A stretch of DNA of 64,000 nt, from assembly GCA_018664485.1 (NCBI GenBank), contig JABJOE010000007.1, positions 132,353 to 196,352 of the forward strand. The letters run 5' to 3'. A program made the position numbers and the translations under genes. The notes beneath the pieces were generated by a model, which searched no databases, had not been told where the DNA came from, and worked only from the letters and a program-made list of their open reading frames with translations. The DNA comes from Candidatus Uhrbacteria bacterium (GTDB lineage: Bacteria; Patescibacteriota; Patescibacteriia; UBA9934). Below, one piece after another: positions 7,905 to 17,201 of the stretch (within the stretch, counting starts at the first letter, position 1; each line of letters starts with the position of its first letter).

Positions 7905-9818
7905 ATGGCACAAGTAATAGGTGCACGCGAGACTAAAAAACTCCCAAGCAAAGAACAAATCAAATACCTCCCTCTTCTACTTTCAAAGCGTGAACGAATC
8001 ATCGCGAGTGTAGCGATCATTATAATAATCGTCGCGAGCGTTTTCCTTGTTCGTCACCTTATAAATGCACAACGCGTAACTATCCCTGCAGTGGGTGGTG
8101 AATATACCGAAGGAGTCGTTGGATCTCCTCAATTGATCAACCCTCTCTATACAGGTATCAGTGATGTCGACGCAGATTTGGCTCGCCTCGTGTACAGTGG
8201 ACTGATGACCTTTGACGCTAACGAAGGACTCACAACAGACCTAGCAGAATCCTACGAAATTTCAGAGGATGGCACACAATACACTTTCACACTACGAAAT
8301 GACGCTCGTTGGCACGATGGTCAACGTGTTCAGGCTGACGATATTATCTTTACTATAAGTGCGATGCAGAACATGGACTACCGCAGTCCACTTGAAGCAC
8401 ATTTTCAAGACGTAATCGTAGAACAGATTGACGATCGATCTGTACGCTTCACAATTGACGAACCTTTCGCCCCATTTATCTCTTACCTCACAGTAGGTAT
8501 TCTTCCGTCACATATTTGGCAGGAGATTCCGGCGGTAAACGCTACTTTAACCGAGCTCAATACAAAACCGATTGGTTCTGGACCTTATCAGTTTGAAAAA
8601 TTAGTAAAAGACTCTAAGGGATCCGTCATTAGCTACTCCCTGACACGGCATGATGGATATCACGGCGAGTCACCTTATCTTGAAACGATAACTTTCAAGT
8701 TCTACCCAAGTAATGAAGCTGCTTTGGACGCTTTGCGAAACCACAACATCCAAGGTGTCGGTTTTGTACCTGCGCCTCTCGTTGATGAGCTACAAGAAGA
8801 TGTAAACGGAACACTCGTAACTCCAGGGATGACTCAGTACACTGCCGCGTTTTTCAATCTAGACGAAGATATACTCTCAGATGAAGACGTTCGAGAGGCT
8901 CTAGTTCATGCAACGGATACACAAACTATCATTGATGAAGCGTTATTTGGATATGGCGCACAAATCAATTCATTCCTAGTTTCCGGAATGCTTGGTGAAC
9001 ATCCTGACCTTGAATCTGTATCCTACGATGTATCTGCAGCTCAAGAATTACTGGTAAGTGCCGGATGGACCCTACCTTCTGAGGAAGCTGTTGAGGAAGT
9101 CGTAGAAGAAGCAGTCGAAGAAACTGCGGATGAATCGTCAGACGAAGCTGATATTTTAGATAGCGCAGAGACTACTGACGATATTTCCGACGAAGAGGTA
9201 CTCGCAGAAGATATCGTAGAAGAAGACGTAGTGGTGGAAGAAGAAACTCCAGCAGAACCTGTTGAAGTGTCTACAATTCGAGAAAAGAACGGTACAGCCC
9301 TATCACTTGAGCTCGTTACTTTAAACACCCCAGAGCTTGTTGCAGTATCTGAGTTACTGAAAGCCCAGTGGCTTGAAATTGGTGTGCAAGTCGATGTTAA
9401 AACAGTCGACAGCAGTACACTTCATTCAGATATTCTGAAAAATCGATCTTACGACATCTTACTTTCAGGTGAGCTCTATAGAATCGATCCAGATCTCTAT
9501 GCTTTCTGGCACTCTTCACAAACTAGTTACCCTGGGCTGAACTTGTCAGGCTACGAGAATTCGAGCGTCGATGAATTGATATTGCAGGCCCGCACCAGCA
9601 CAGATGAAGTAGAGCGTGCCGACCTTTACCGTGAGATTCAGGAAAACGTTCTTGCCGATACACCTGCTGTATTCCTATACCAACCTCTGTATACATACTT
9701 CGTATCTGATGAGCTTCAGGGCGTTGAGCTCTCGACTGTAGTCAGTCCATCAGACCGTTTCTCACAAGTAAATGAGTGGTATATAAAGACCCGAAAGGTT
9801 CTTCGAGTGAACGAATAA
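7905..9818 (+). CDS. ABC transporter substrate-binding protein, family 5 (OppA/DppA/NikA-like). It has an N-terminal membrane anchor and an internal acidic low-complexity insertion.
   Basis: SBP_bac_5 signature region (LAESYEISEDGTQYTFTLRNDARWHDGQRVQADDIIFTI). N-terminal TM IIASVAIIIIIVASVFLV. A roughly 70-aa Glu/Asp/Val-rich insertion (about 9040-9260). No permease or ATPase genes are adjacent, so it is an orphan SBP. Confidence 0.85.
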   Translation: MAQVIGARETKKLPSKEQIKYLPLLLSKRERIIASVAIIIIIVASVFLVRHLINAQRVTIPAVGGEYTEGVVGSPQLINPLYTGISDVDADLARLVYSGLMTFDANEGLTTDLAESYEISEDGTQYTFTLRNDARWHDGQRVQADDIIFTISAMQNMDYRSPLEAHFQDVIVEQIDDRSVRFTIDEPFAPFISYLTVGILPSHIWQEIPAVNATLTELNTKPIGSGPYQFEKLVKDSKGSVISYSLTRHDGYHGESPYLETITFKFYPSNEAALDALRNHNIQGVGFVPAPLVDELQEDVNGTLVTPGMTQYTAAFFNLDEDILSDEDVREALVHATDTQTIIDEALFGYGAQINSFLVSGMLGEHPDLESVSYDVSAAQELLVSAGWTLPSEEAVEEVVEEAVEETADESSDEADILDSAETTDDISDEEVLAEDIVEEDVVVEEETPAEPVEVSTIREKNGTALSLELVTLNTPELVAVSELLKAQWLEIGVQVDVKTVDSSTLHSDILKNRSYDILLSGELYRIDPDLYAFWHSSQTSYPGLNLSGYENSSVDELILQARTSTDEVERADLYREIQENVLADTPAVFLYQPLYTYFVSDELQGVELSTVVSPSDRFSQVNEWYIKTRKVLRVNE

Positions 9819-9865
9819 TTAACCTATAAATAAAGGCTAAACGCATCAAAAGTAGCCCAGAGAGG

Positions 9866-9894
9866 TTGACAGCAAAGGCTATATATGGTAGAGT
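9866..9894 (+). promoter_or_regulatory. Putative promoter (TTGACA-N17-TAGAGT) about 575 nt upstream of rnj.
   Basis: TTGACA 9866-9871, a 17-nt spacer, TAGAGT 9889-9894. The box arrangement is identical to the secG promoter. Confidence 0.4.
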
Positions 9895-10468
9895 GAGTTC
9901 TTCTACAAACGTTACCGATATCGTTTTTACAGAAAGAAGTAGCTTTACAGATACGACCCTTCACAATATTAAAAAGAATATACATTCACCACCACGTTTT
10001 TATATTCATGGAAATATTTCTGTGATGACCGACGATTGAAGCCTAAGCTAAAGCACAAAGTAACACTTAGACCACAACCGGCGATCACCACCTCTTACCT
10101 CTCAAGTTCTTGTATGATACGGTTCGCAGAGAGTACAGAGAAACGACGAAAGTTTACAACAGACATGAGAATTCGACTTATTAGATTTTGGAATTACTGC
10201 ATGAATACACTGTAAATACCAGTCGTGATGGATTTCATCACTGGAATCCATTCGACTGATTATAGACGTCAAAGCGACAACACATCTTCCGAAGTTTCAT
10301 TACCAATTAGGCGTATAGATGACCGAGAGAAAGCACATTATGGTGCCCTACGCTCTTTATCATCGACAGCGCCCAAATAGTTTCTAAAACTTTTTGAAAA
10401 TTGAAACGTCGTACTGATTTCTAAATATTTAGTTCATAAGTCAATAGATAACGAAGGTCGAGCAACGC

Positions 10469-12475
10469 TTGACCGGCACTCGCATAGCGGCCGTGACAGG
10501 GCCCTATCTGAGGCGAATGAATAATATTCGAGCCGGATCCAAGTACTTGCAATGGCCCCCAACACATATGGTGCAAAAAAGACGTACCACGACGCATAGC
10601 AATTCACGCAATCGTCGTCATATTAAAAAAAGTTCAGGTAGCCCAGCAAAACCTCGAACAAGCAGCGTAGCTAAAGCTGGAACAACTAGTAAGGCGAAAG
10701 CTGCAACGAAGCGTCCAACTACCGCTCGCTCAACTTCTGCGCGTTCAAGCGGACGACCGCATACCAAGTCGAAAACAACAACGTACAAAACTCCATCAGG
10801 AGATTCTGTTCGAGTGATTGTACTTGGAGGCCTCGAAGAGGTCGGTCGTAACTGTACCCTCATTGAGTACAAGAACGACATTATTATAATCGACATGGGA
10901 CTCGAGTTCCCAGAAGAAAACATGCCTGGAGTTGATTACATCATCCCAGACATGACATACCTCAAGGGCAAAGAAAAGAATGTCCGAGGAGTTATTATCA
11001 CCCATGGTCACTACGACCATATCGGGGCAATCCCCCACACTATTCCAAACATCGGGAACCCACCAGTATATGCGCTTCCGATTGCAGCTGGAATTATCAA
11101 AAAACGTCAGACAGACTTTAAAACTCCTGCAATCAATCTTAAGCAAATTACAATTGCTGACGAGTTGCAGCTTGGTGTATTTAAAGTTCATTTCTTCCAC
11201 ATCAACCACAACATTCCAGACTCAGCCGGAATCGTGATCGAAACTCCTATGGGAACGATCTGTCACACCGGTGACTGGAAGTTTGATTACCACCCTGTTG
11301 GAACTGAACCGTCTGATTTCCACAAGATCGCGCGCGTTGGTGAAGCTGGAGTTGCCCTACTTATGGGAGACTCTACAAATGCCTGCATGCCAGGACACCA
11401 AACATCAGAGCGTGTTATTGGTGAGGAAATTAAGGGTATTCTGGAGCGTGCAAAGGGACGAGTAATCGTCGGAACCTTCGCGTCTCTACTTTCACGAGTG
11501 AAGCAGATTATTGAAATCTCAGAAACTCTAGGGCGTAAAGTTGCGCTAGACGGATACTCGATGAAAGCCAACGTTGAAATCGCTCGAGAACTTGGATTCA
11601 TCCACGTGAGCGACAAAACAATGATCACAACAGATCAAATTAAAAACTATTCTGACGACAAAGTTACAGTTATCTGTACTGGAGCTCAGGGAGAAAAACG
11701 TGCAGCACTTTCACGAATTGCAACCGATGAACATCGTTCAATCCGCATGAAGCCGACTGACACTGTAATCTTCTCAAGTTCTGTTATTCCAGGTAACGAA
11801 GCTTCTGTTCAGCGACTGAAAGATACTTTCTACCGCAAACGAGCAACTGTGATCCATAAAGACATCATGGACGTTCACGCAGGTGGACATGCAAAGCAAG
11901 AGGATATTAAGCTCATGCTTTCGCTCTTCAAACCTACGTACTACATGCCAATTGAGGGGAACCACTTCCTACTACGTGAAAACGCAGAGGTCGCCTACTC
12001 AATGGGGTGGAAAGAAAAGAACGTTCTCGTTGCCGACAATGGTCAGGTGATCACTCTGTCAAAAGACAAGCGATCCGGAGAGCCTATCGTCAACATGACA
12101 AAAGAAAAGGTACCTACAAATTACGTCTTCGTTGACGGACTAGGTGTAGGAGATGTGTCTGAAGTTGTGTTGCGAGATCGTCGAGCGATGTCAGAGGACG
12201 GAATGATCGTAGCGATTTTCCAGATCGAGAAAAAGACTGGAAAGCTAGTCGGTAATCCAGACCTTGTGAGTCGAGGATTCATTTACATGAAAGAAAACCG
12301 AAAGCTTATCGGTGCTGCAATGACTGTAGTCCGAAAAGCTGTGGCTGATAGCGATCCTAAATCCGCAGCAGATCCACATTACATCAAGGGAAATGTGCGA
12401 GATGCTCTTGGAAAATTCCTATACAAACAAACTGAGCGTCGACCTATGATCCTCCCTGTGATGATTGAGGTGTAG
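10469..12475 (+). CDS. rnj: Ribonuclease J (metallo-beta-lactamase / beta-CASP family) with an N-terminal basic low-complexity extension.
   Basis: Core from VRVIVLGGLEEVGRNCTLIEY...; MBL motif GVIITHGHYDHIGAIPH; beta-CASP and C-terminal domain conserved (...HAGGHAKQEDIKLM...). The first ~110 aa are Lys/Arg/Ser/Thr-rich. In-frame alternative starts at 10517 and 10573 are possible. Confidence 0.9.
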   Translation: MTGTRIAAVTGPYLRRMNNIRAGSKYLQWPPTHMVQKRRTTTHSNSRNRRHIKKSSGSPAKPRTSSVAKAGTTSKAKAATKRPTTARSTSARSSGRPHTKSKTTTYKTPSGDSVRVIVLGGLEEVGRNCTLIEYKNDIIIIDMGLEFPEENMPGVDYIIPDMTYLKGKEKNVRGVIITHGHYDHIGAIPHTIPNIGNPPVYALPIAAGIIKKRQTDFKTPAINLKQITIADELQLGVFKVHFFHINHNIPDSAGIVIETPMGTICHTGDWKFDYHPVGTEPSDFHKIARVGEAGVALLMGDSTNACMPGHQTSERVIGEEIKGILERAKGRVIVGTFASLLSRVKQIIEISETLGRKVALDGYSMKANVEIARELGFIHVSDKTMITTDQIKNYSDDKVTVICTGAQGEKRAALSRIATDEHRSIRMKPTDTVIFSSSVIPGNEASVQRLKDTFYRKRATVIHKDIMDVHAGGHAKQEDIKLMLSLFKPTYYMPIEGNHFLLRENAEVAYSMGWKEKNVLVADNGQVITLSKDKRSGEPIVNMTKEKVPTNYVFVDGLGVGDVSEVVLRDRRAMSEDGMIVAIFQIEKKTGKLVGNPDLVSRGFIYMKENRKLIGAAMTVVRKAVADSDPKSAADPHYIKGNVRDALGKFLYKQTERRPMILPVMIEV

Positions 12476-12684
12476 GGAGATCTCTTCAGCCAACCGTTGT
12501 CCCTACTTCATTTAACCCCTGTCTGGCTACAGCTCGCCCATGACTCGTTGCCTTAGATCCACTAAGACTCCTCGTCCTGAACGCGCTTCGCCAACGACAG
12601 TCGTTAAATGACTACGAAACATGGACGATCGGAGAGATCTGGACGAAAAGATCGAAATAACTAGGTATATCGCCTGCCAAACTA

Positions 12685-12705
12685 CCGCCGAAAGGCGGTT
12701 TTTTG
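12685..12705 (+). terminator. Rho-independent terminator about 210 nt downstream of the rnj stop.
   Basis: CCGCC (12685-12689) GAAA GGCGG (12694-12698), followed by T7. Confidence 0.6.
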
Positions 12706-12869
12706 GTATACTCTCTCCACGGAAAGAAATAGTCCCTAGGGCTGATCTCATTTGAGGCTAGTTCTAGGCGCGGGGGAAACGACAAGGAGCCGTACTCAAG
12801 TGTACGGTGACGAGTCGTGGGGCCCCGCAACACAGAAATAGCCCAAATGAATAAGTCCTAGAAAGATAT

Positions 12870-13850
12870 ATGCGAGTACTTACTGGAATACAGCCAACAA
12901 ACTTTCTTCACATTGGAAACCTCTTTGGTGCGCTTCGGCCAGCCATCGATCTTCAACGTGAAAATGATCTCTTCATGATGATCGCCGACTATCATGCGAT
13001 TACAGCAGAGCATGATCCAGTCAAACTTCATGACAACATCCTCTTCACTGCAGCGTCCTACATTGCAGCTGGAATTGACCCTACAAAGACAGTTCTCTTT
13101 CAGCAATCTCAAATCCCAGCACATACTGAATTGGGATGGGTTCTTCAAACCGTTGCGCGAATGGGTGAGGCGAAACGCATGACTCAGTTTAAAGATAAAT
13201 CTGGATCCAACGAAGATAAGGTGTCTGTCGGGCTCTTCACCTACCCTACCCTCATGGCTGCCGACATTCTTCTCTATGATGCAGAGAGCGTTCCAGTTGG
13301 AGATGACCAGAAACAACATATTGAATTTACACGAGACTTAGCACAACGTTTTAACCGTGATTTTGGTGACACTTTCGTCGTTCCAGAACCTATGATTCGA
13401 AAACATGGTGCTCGACTGAAGTCACTTACAGAGCCTGAAAAGAAAATGAGCAAGAGTGCACCAAGTGCTAAGAGCTACATATCTCTTACTGACGATCCAG
13501 ATATCATCGCAAAAAAAGTACGGAGTGCTACAACGGATTCAGAACCCGGCATGACCTTCTCAAAAGATCGACCAGGTCTTCACAACCTCCTTACAATTTT
13601 AAGCTTAATCGAAGACGCACCTGGCGACGAACTCGCTAGCCGTTACGATGGCATGGGCACAAAAGCACTAAAAGATGACCTTACAGAACGTCTCGTAGAG
13701 CATCTTCGACCAATTTCCAAAGAGGCCCAAAATCTCGTAGACAATAAAGACGAGCTAATCCGAGTGATTGCGAACGGAACTGCAGCGGCCGCGAAAGTAG
13801 CAAATGCCAAGATCGCAGAGGTCAGAGAGCGAATTGGAGTCGCCTTGTAG
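12870..13850 (+). CDS. trpS: Tryptophanyl-tRNA synthetase.
   Basis: Class I aaRS. HIGH-type motif (TGIQPTNFLHIGNLFGA), KMSKS motif (KMSKSAPS), length 326 aa, and TrpRS-specific conserved blocks (GLFTYPTLMAADILLY, VPVGDDQKQHIEFTRDLAQRFN). Confidence 0.93.
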   Translation: MRVLTGIQPTNFLHIGNLFGALRPAIDLQRENDLFMMIADYHAITAEHDPVKLHDNILFTAASYIAAGIDPTKTVLFQQSQIPAHTELGWVLQTVARMGEAKRMTQFKDKSGSNEDKVSVGLFTYPTLMAADILLYDAESVPVGDDQKQHIEFTRDLAQRFNRDFGDTFVVPEPMIRKHGARLKSLTEPEKKMSKSAPSAKSYISLTDDPDIIAKKVRSATTDSEPGMTFSKDRPGLHNLLTILSLIEDAPGDELASRYDGMGTKALKDDLTERLVEHLRPISKEAQNLVDNKDELIRVIANGTAAAAKVANAKIAEVRERIGVAL

Positions 13851-13873
13851 GACTCAAAACCGTTAACCTTCGA

Positions 13874-13902
13874 TTGACAAACAGCGCCAGACATGATAGT
13901 CT
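13874..13902 (+). promoter_or_regulatory. Putative promoter (TTGACA-N17-TAGTCT) for the high-GC ORF 13975..14772.
   Basis: TTGACA 13874-13879, a 17-nt spacer, TAGTCT 13897-13902. Same architecture as the backbone promoters. Confidence 0.45.
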
Positions 13903-13974
13903 CGCGCTGTCTTGCTATCCGCTCGACATCACTGTTCGCTGAGAGAAAAACCCTGAGACTGAGGCTCTTTACTG

Positions 13975-14772
13975 ATGACTACCGCCCCCTGGAAAACAAC
14001 GCTGCTCGCGCGCCACATTGACGCCGAAACAGCTCACCGCACTGCCATTGAAGACATGTTGACTGCCGCTCCCGACCAGATGACGAGCGATCGCATCCAT
14101 ATCGTGGATCGCTTGATCTCCTGGATCAAGGCAGACGCCAAGACCCTCCCAATCGCGGGCGCGGTCACCAGACTGCTGGCATTCAGCACCCACCGCTACA
14201 CCGAACTTCGCTGGCAAGTGATCGATCAGATTCCCCAGGGTGACATCCCAACCCTGCGTGACATGATCACCACCCTGCCCGGCCCCCTGCGCGCAGGGGT
14301 GTTCACCACGAAAGACATCGAGGCCGCCCGCATCAGCGTGCTCGCCGAACATGTCCTCACTTCGGCCAATGGCGACTGGGACCTCTTCTGCCGACTGACC
14401 CAGACGAACGGCTTCGACAGCCCAGAACAGGCCTGGAAAATGGTTCCTGTGGACCAACGCGTGGATTTCGTCAACGGCGGGAAGCGGCGCATGCTCGAGG
14501 CTGCCAGAAAGGGCGCTCAGTTCTTCAGCGGCGGACCATCTGCCAACGCGGAGTTCTGGAATCGTCTGCTCGCGCAGGTCCAAAACCTCGACTTCCCAAC
14601 CTGGGAGCACTTCTGCAATGCTGTGCCTTCGCACACGCACACTACGCTCGGTATCTCTGCGACTACTGCAGCACCAAACAAGCGTCGCGAACCCATCACG
14701 ATTGATTCCGACGACGTCTTCGTCGAGGCTTCTACCGTGTCTGGTGACAGCTCCATTGCCGACTGGCGATGA
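13975..14772 (+). CDS. Hypothetical protein (265 aa) encoded in a high-GC insert. No family recognised.
   Basis: A stop-free 800 nt in GC-rich DNA is very unlikely by chance. It has a protein-like composition and its own promoter. The antisense ORFs (13969..14640, 14226..14492, 14517..14756 minus) are Arg/Gly-rich artefacts typical of the opposite strand of a GC-rich gene. Confidence 0.5.
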   Translation: MTTAPWKTTLLARHIDAETAHRTAIEDMLTAAPDQMTSDRIHIVDRLISWIKADAKTLPIAGAVTRLLAFSTHRYTELRWQVIDQIPQGDIPTLRDMITTLPGPLRAGVFTTKDIEAARISVLAEHVLTSANGDWDLFCRLTQTNGFDSPEQAWKMVPVDQRVDFVNGGKRRMLEAARKGAQFFSGGPSANAEFWNRLLAQVQNLDFPTWEHFCNAVPSHTHTTLGISATTAAPNKRREPITIDSDDVFVEASTVSGDSSIADWR

Positions 14773-15166
14773 TCTGCACTAGCAAAACTCGGACTACATA
14801 ACTTAAACCTAAGTCATGCAGTCGACCCTATCCCTGCCCCGGTACGCCGGCGGTGGGGATATTGTGCATCTAGATGGCATTCATTCAATCCCCAACGTGT
14901 GTTCATAAGAAATTACAACCGAGAACATCTAGGGCTAATATCCGGCAAATAATATAATCATCCACCCTAGCCGCAATCGTAGGGTTTCTTCAATAAAAAG
15001 CTTCCGATGTTTGTTGAAGAATATTTGGCAGAAATATCGATTAACGAAACCGCCTCCGTTGCATCCGCCGTAATATAACAACGGACGATCGGTTTTGTCG
15101 TTATTTCTGACGAATACATTCCTTCGACAAACGAGGCGCTTTTTACTTGAAGGAACCCGTAGATCA

Positions 15167-15195
15167 TTGACAAAGGCTTAATTACGTGATAGCAT
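15167..15195 (+). promoter_or_regulatory. Promoter of rnpB (TTGACA-N17-TAGCAT).
   Basis: TTGACA 15167-15172, a 17-nt spacer, TAGCAT 15190-15195. The predicted TSS is about 15202, at the start of the RNase P RNA P1 helix. Confidence 0.5.
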
Positions 15196-15201
15196 TCGGA
15201 C

Positions 15202-15657
15202 GTTCGGGATACGAGACAGTCGCCCTGCGCCCAGCGCTCAGGGAGGAAAGTCCGAACACCGCGTAGGCAGCAATGTTTACGGATACAGAACGTCGCTAAC
15301 GGCGACCGGGATATAGCATTATCAAACGAGGAATGAATTCGTTCTTTCCTCGAGCCATGAATTTAGGTTCACGGCCACACCAATGTAAACCTAGGGAAAG
15401 TGCCACAGAGACAATACTAGTTTGGCTCCGGTCAAACAAAAGGTGAAAAGTGATTTGAGGTTTGAGATCAGATGATCTAGGTAACTGTTACCAACAAGCC
15501 ACATTTCTCGCCCCACGGTGACGTGGTGGCGTGGTAAACCCGTTCTGGTGCAAGAGCAAGTTTGGTAGCTCGCTCGACCGGCATAGCAATATGTCGGCTA
15601 GATAGATGACTGTCGCCTCGCAAGAGGATACAGAATTCGGCTTACAAGTCTCCCGAC
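15202..15657 (+). ncRNA. rnpB: RNase P RNA (bacterial type A).
   Basis: Universally conserved P4 strands are present: 5' GGGAGGAAAGTCCGAACACC (15241-15260) and 3' ACAGAATTCGGCTTACAAG (about 15630-15648). The 5' AGACAGTCGCC and 3' TAGATAGATGACTGTCGCC segments match E. coli M1 RNA positions. It is a GC-rich island with a promoter upstream and a terminator downstream. Confidence 0.85.
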
Positions 15658-15668
15658 GAACATCAAGA

Positions 15669-15699
15669 ACGATTCGCTAACGCGAGTCGTTTTTGTTTG
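15669..15699 (+). terminator. Rho-independent terminator of rnpB.
   Basis: ACGATTCGC (15669-15677) TAAC GCGAGTCGT (15682-15690) with one G-U pair, followed by TTTTGTTTG. Confidence 0.55.
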
Positions 15700-15723
15700 A
15701 ATAATGCGCTATAATCCCCTCAT

Positions 15724-17124
15724 ATGAATAGAGCAAATCTCTTTTTCACAGCCGTTCTTGTACCGCTAGATTTTATTACCCTCATAGCGGCAGCAACGGC
15801 AGCTTATAGCCTTCGTTTCTCAGAATCGATCCAGGGCATTCGGCCGATTATATTCGAGCTTTCTTTTCAGCAATATTTCGATGCTGCAATATCGTTTTCT
15901 CTAGTATGGCTTTTGATCTTTGCACTTGCAGGCCTTTACGCTGTCCGCCCACATCGACTCGCGGTTGAAGCGACTCGTGTACTACTTGCCTGCTCCGCCG
16001 GAATCGCGGTTGTGCTCGCCATCGCCTTTTTCTCACGCGAATTATTCGACTCACGTTTCATCGTAATTGCCGTATGGGTCCTTGCAGTTATATTTATTGT
16101 TATTGAAAGGCTTCTGGTGCGTGCAATCCAGCGATCACTTCGACGATACGGAATCGGCATGCAGCGCGTTTTGATAATTGGTAAAACAAAATCCGGTCAG
16201 GCCCTTCGAAAATATTTTGAAGCGTATCCTCGTCTTGGCTATGAAGTCATCGGACATGCTGCACTATTCAACGAATCAACAAAAGACAAAATCCTTGCTC
16301 TAAAAAAGCGTGAAATGGTCGACATGGTCCTTCTTGCAAACGGGGACGCTGATCGAAAAGAGGTACAAGAGATTAAAACTTTTACAGATATTGAACATCT
16401 CGGATTCTTATATTCTGCGGAGCTCGTTCCAGGATCTGGAGCGCGGCCAATCGTCCATACACTTGCAGGGCAACCCGTAATTGAAATCCCAAAAACACCA
16501 CTAGATGGTTGGGGCGCTATCTACAAGCGTGCTTTCGATATTATCGTCTCACTTATTTTGATAATTTTGACACTGCCAATCCAACTTATCGCAGCAATTG
16601 CGATTATCATTGAAAATCCAGGCCCTATTTTGTTTGTACATAAACGAGTTGGCCAAGGTGGCCGGATCTACAACCATGCTAAGTTCCGGTCAATGATTAA
16701 AGATGCCCACAAATATCGCTTCGATCCTGATTTTATAAAGAAATACGGAAATGAACGTGAGGGCACTCCCCTTTTTAAACTTGAGCATGATCCACGAATA
16801 ACACGCGTCGGTGCGATAATGCGAAAACTCTCCATCGATGAAATCCCTGAATTCTACATGGTACTTTTTGGAAAGATGAGCTTGATCGGACCACGACCTC
16901 ATCTCCCTGGAGAGGTAGAACAATACAAGGATCAACATAAACGAGTCCTTACAATCAAACCCGGCATTACAGGTATGGCACAGGTCGGAGGGCGTGCTGA
17001 CTTAAACTTCGACGAAGAAGTTCGGCTCGATATGCACTACATTGAAAACTGGAGCCCTTGGCTCGATCTCGTTATCCTTATAAAAACACCACTAGTCGTA
17101 TTTTTTGGAAGAGGCGCGTACTGA
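15724..17124 (+). CDS. Polyprenyl-phosphate glycosyl-1-phosphate transferase (WbaP/CpsE-type 'bacterial sugar transferase'); initiating enzyme of a glycan pathway.
   Basis: N-terminal multi-TM region plus the C-terminal sugar-transferase domain (ILFVHKRVGQGGRIYNHAKFRSM...PGITGMAQVGGRADLNFDEEVRLDMHYIENWSPWLDLVIL). TATAAT at 15710-15715 lies 8 nt before the ATG, so the mRNA is leaderless. Confidence 0.9.
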   Translation: MNRANLFFTAVLVPLDFITLIAAATAAYSLRFSESIQGIRPIIFELSFQQYFDAAISFSLVWLLIFALAGLYAVRPHRLAVEATRVLLACSAGIAVVLAIAFFSRELFDSRFIVIAVWVLAVIFIVIERLLVRAIQRSLRRYGIGMQRVLIIGKTKSGQALRKYFEAYPRLGYEVIGHAALFNESTKDKILALKKREMVDMVLLANGDADRKEVQEIKTFTDIEHLGFLYSAELVPGSGARPIVHTLAGQPVIEIPKTPLDGWGAIYKRAFDIIVSLILIILTLPIQLIAAIAIIIENPGPILFVHKRVGQGGRIYNHAKFRSMIKDAHKYRFDPDFIKKYGNEREGTPLFKLEHDPRITRVGAIMRKLSIDEIPEFYMVLFGKMSLIGPRPHLPGEVEQYKDQHKRVLTIKPGITGMAQVGGRADLNFDEEVRLDMHYIENWSPWLDLVILIKTPLVVFFGRGAY

Positions 17125-17201
17125 CAAAAACCAATAAGATGCAACGACACCCGTCGGATCGAGGTCCAACGGGTGTTTAAGTTCTAGGAAGATCAGCAAG
17201 C

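Noticed and set aside
12706-12869. T-box riboswitch upstream of trpS.
   Set aside because: The leader is only about 165 nt. I could not find the conserved T-box sequence or the specifier-loop/antiterminator arrangement. It is kept as an unexplained structured leader.
13969-14756. Minus-strand ORFs (223, 88, 79 aa) overlapping the high-GC gene.
   Set aside because: They are Arg/Gly/Ala-rich with no start context. This is typical of antisense frames in GC-rich coding DNA. The plus-strand ORF has the promoter and a protein-like composition.
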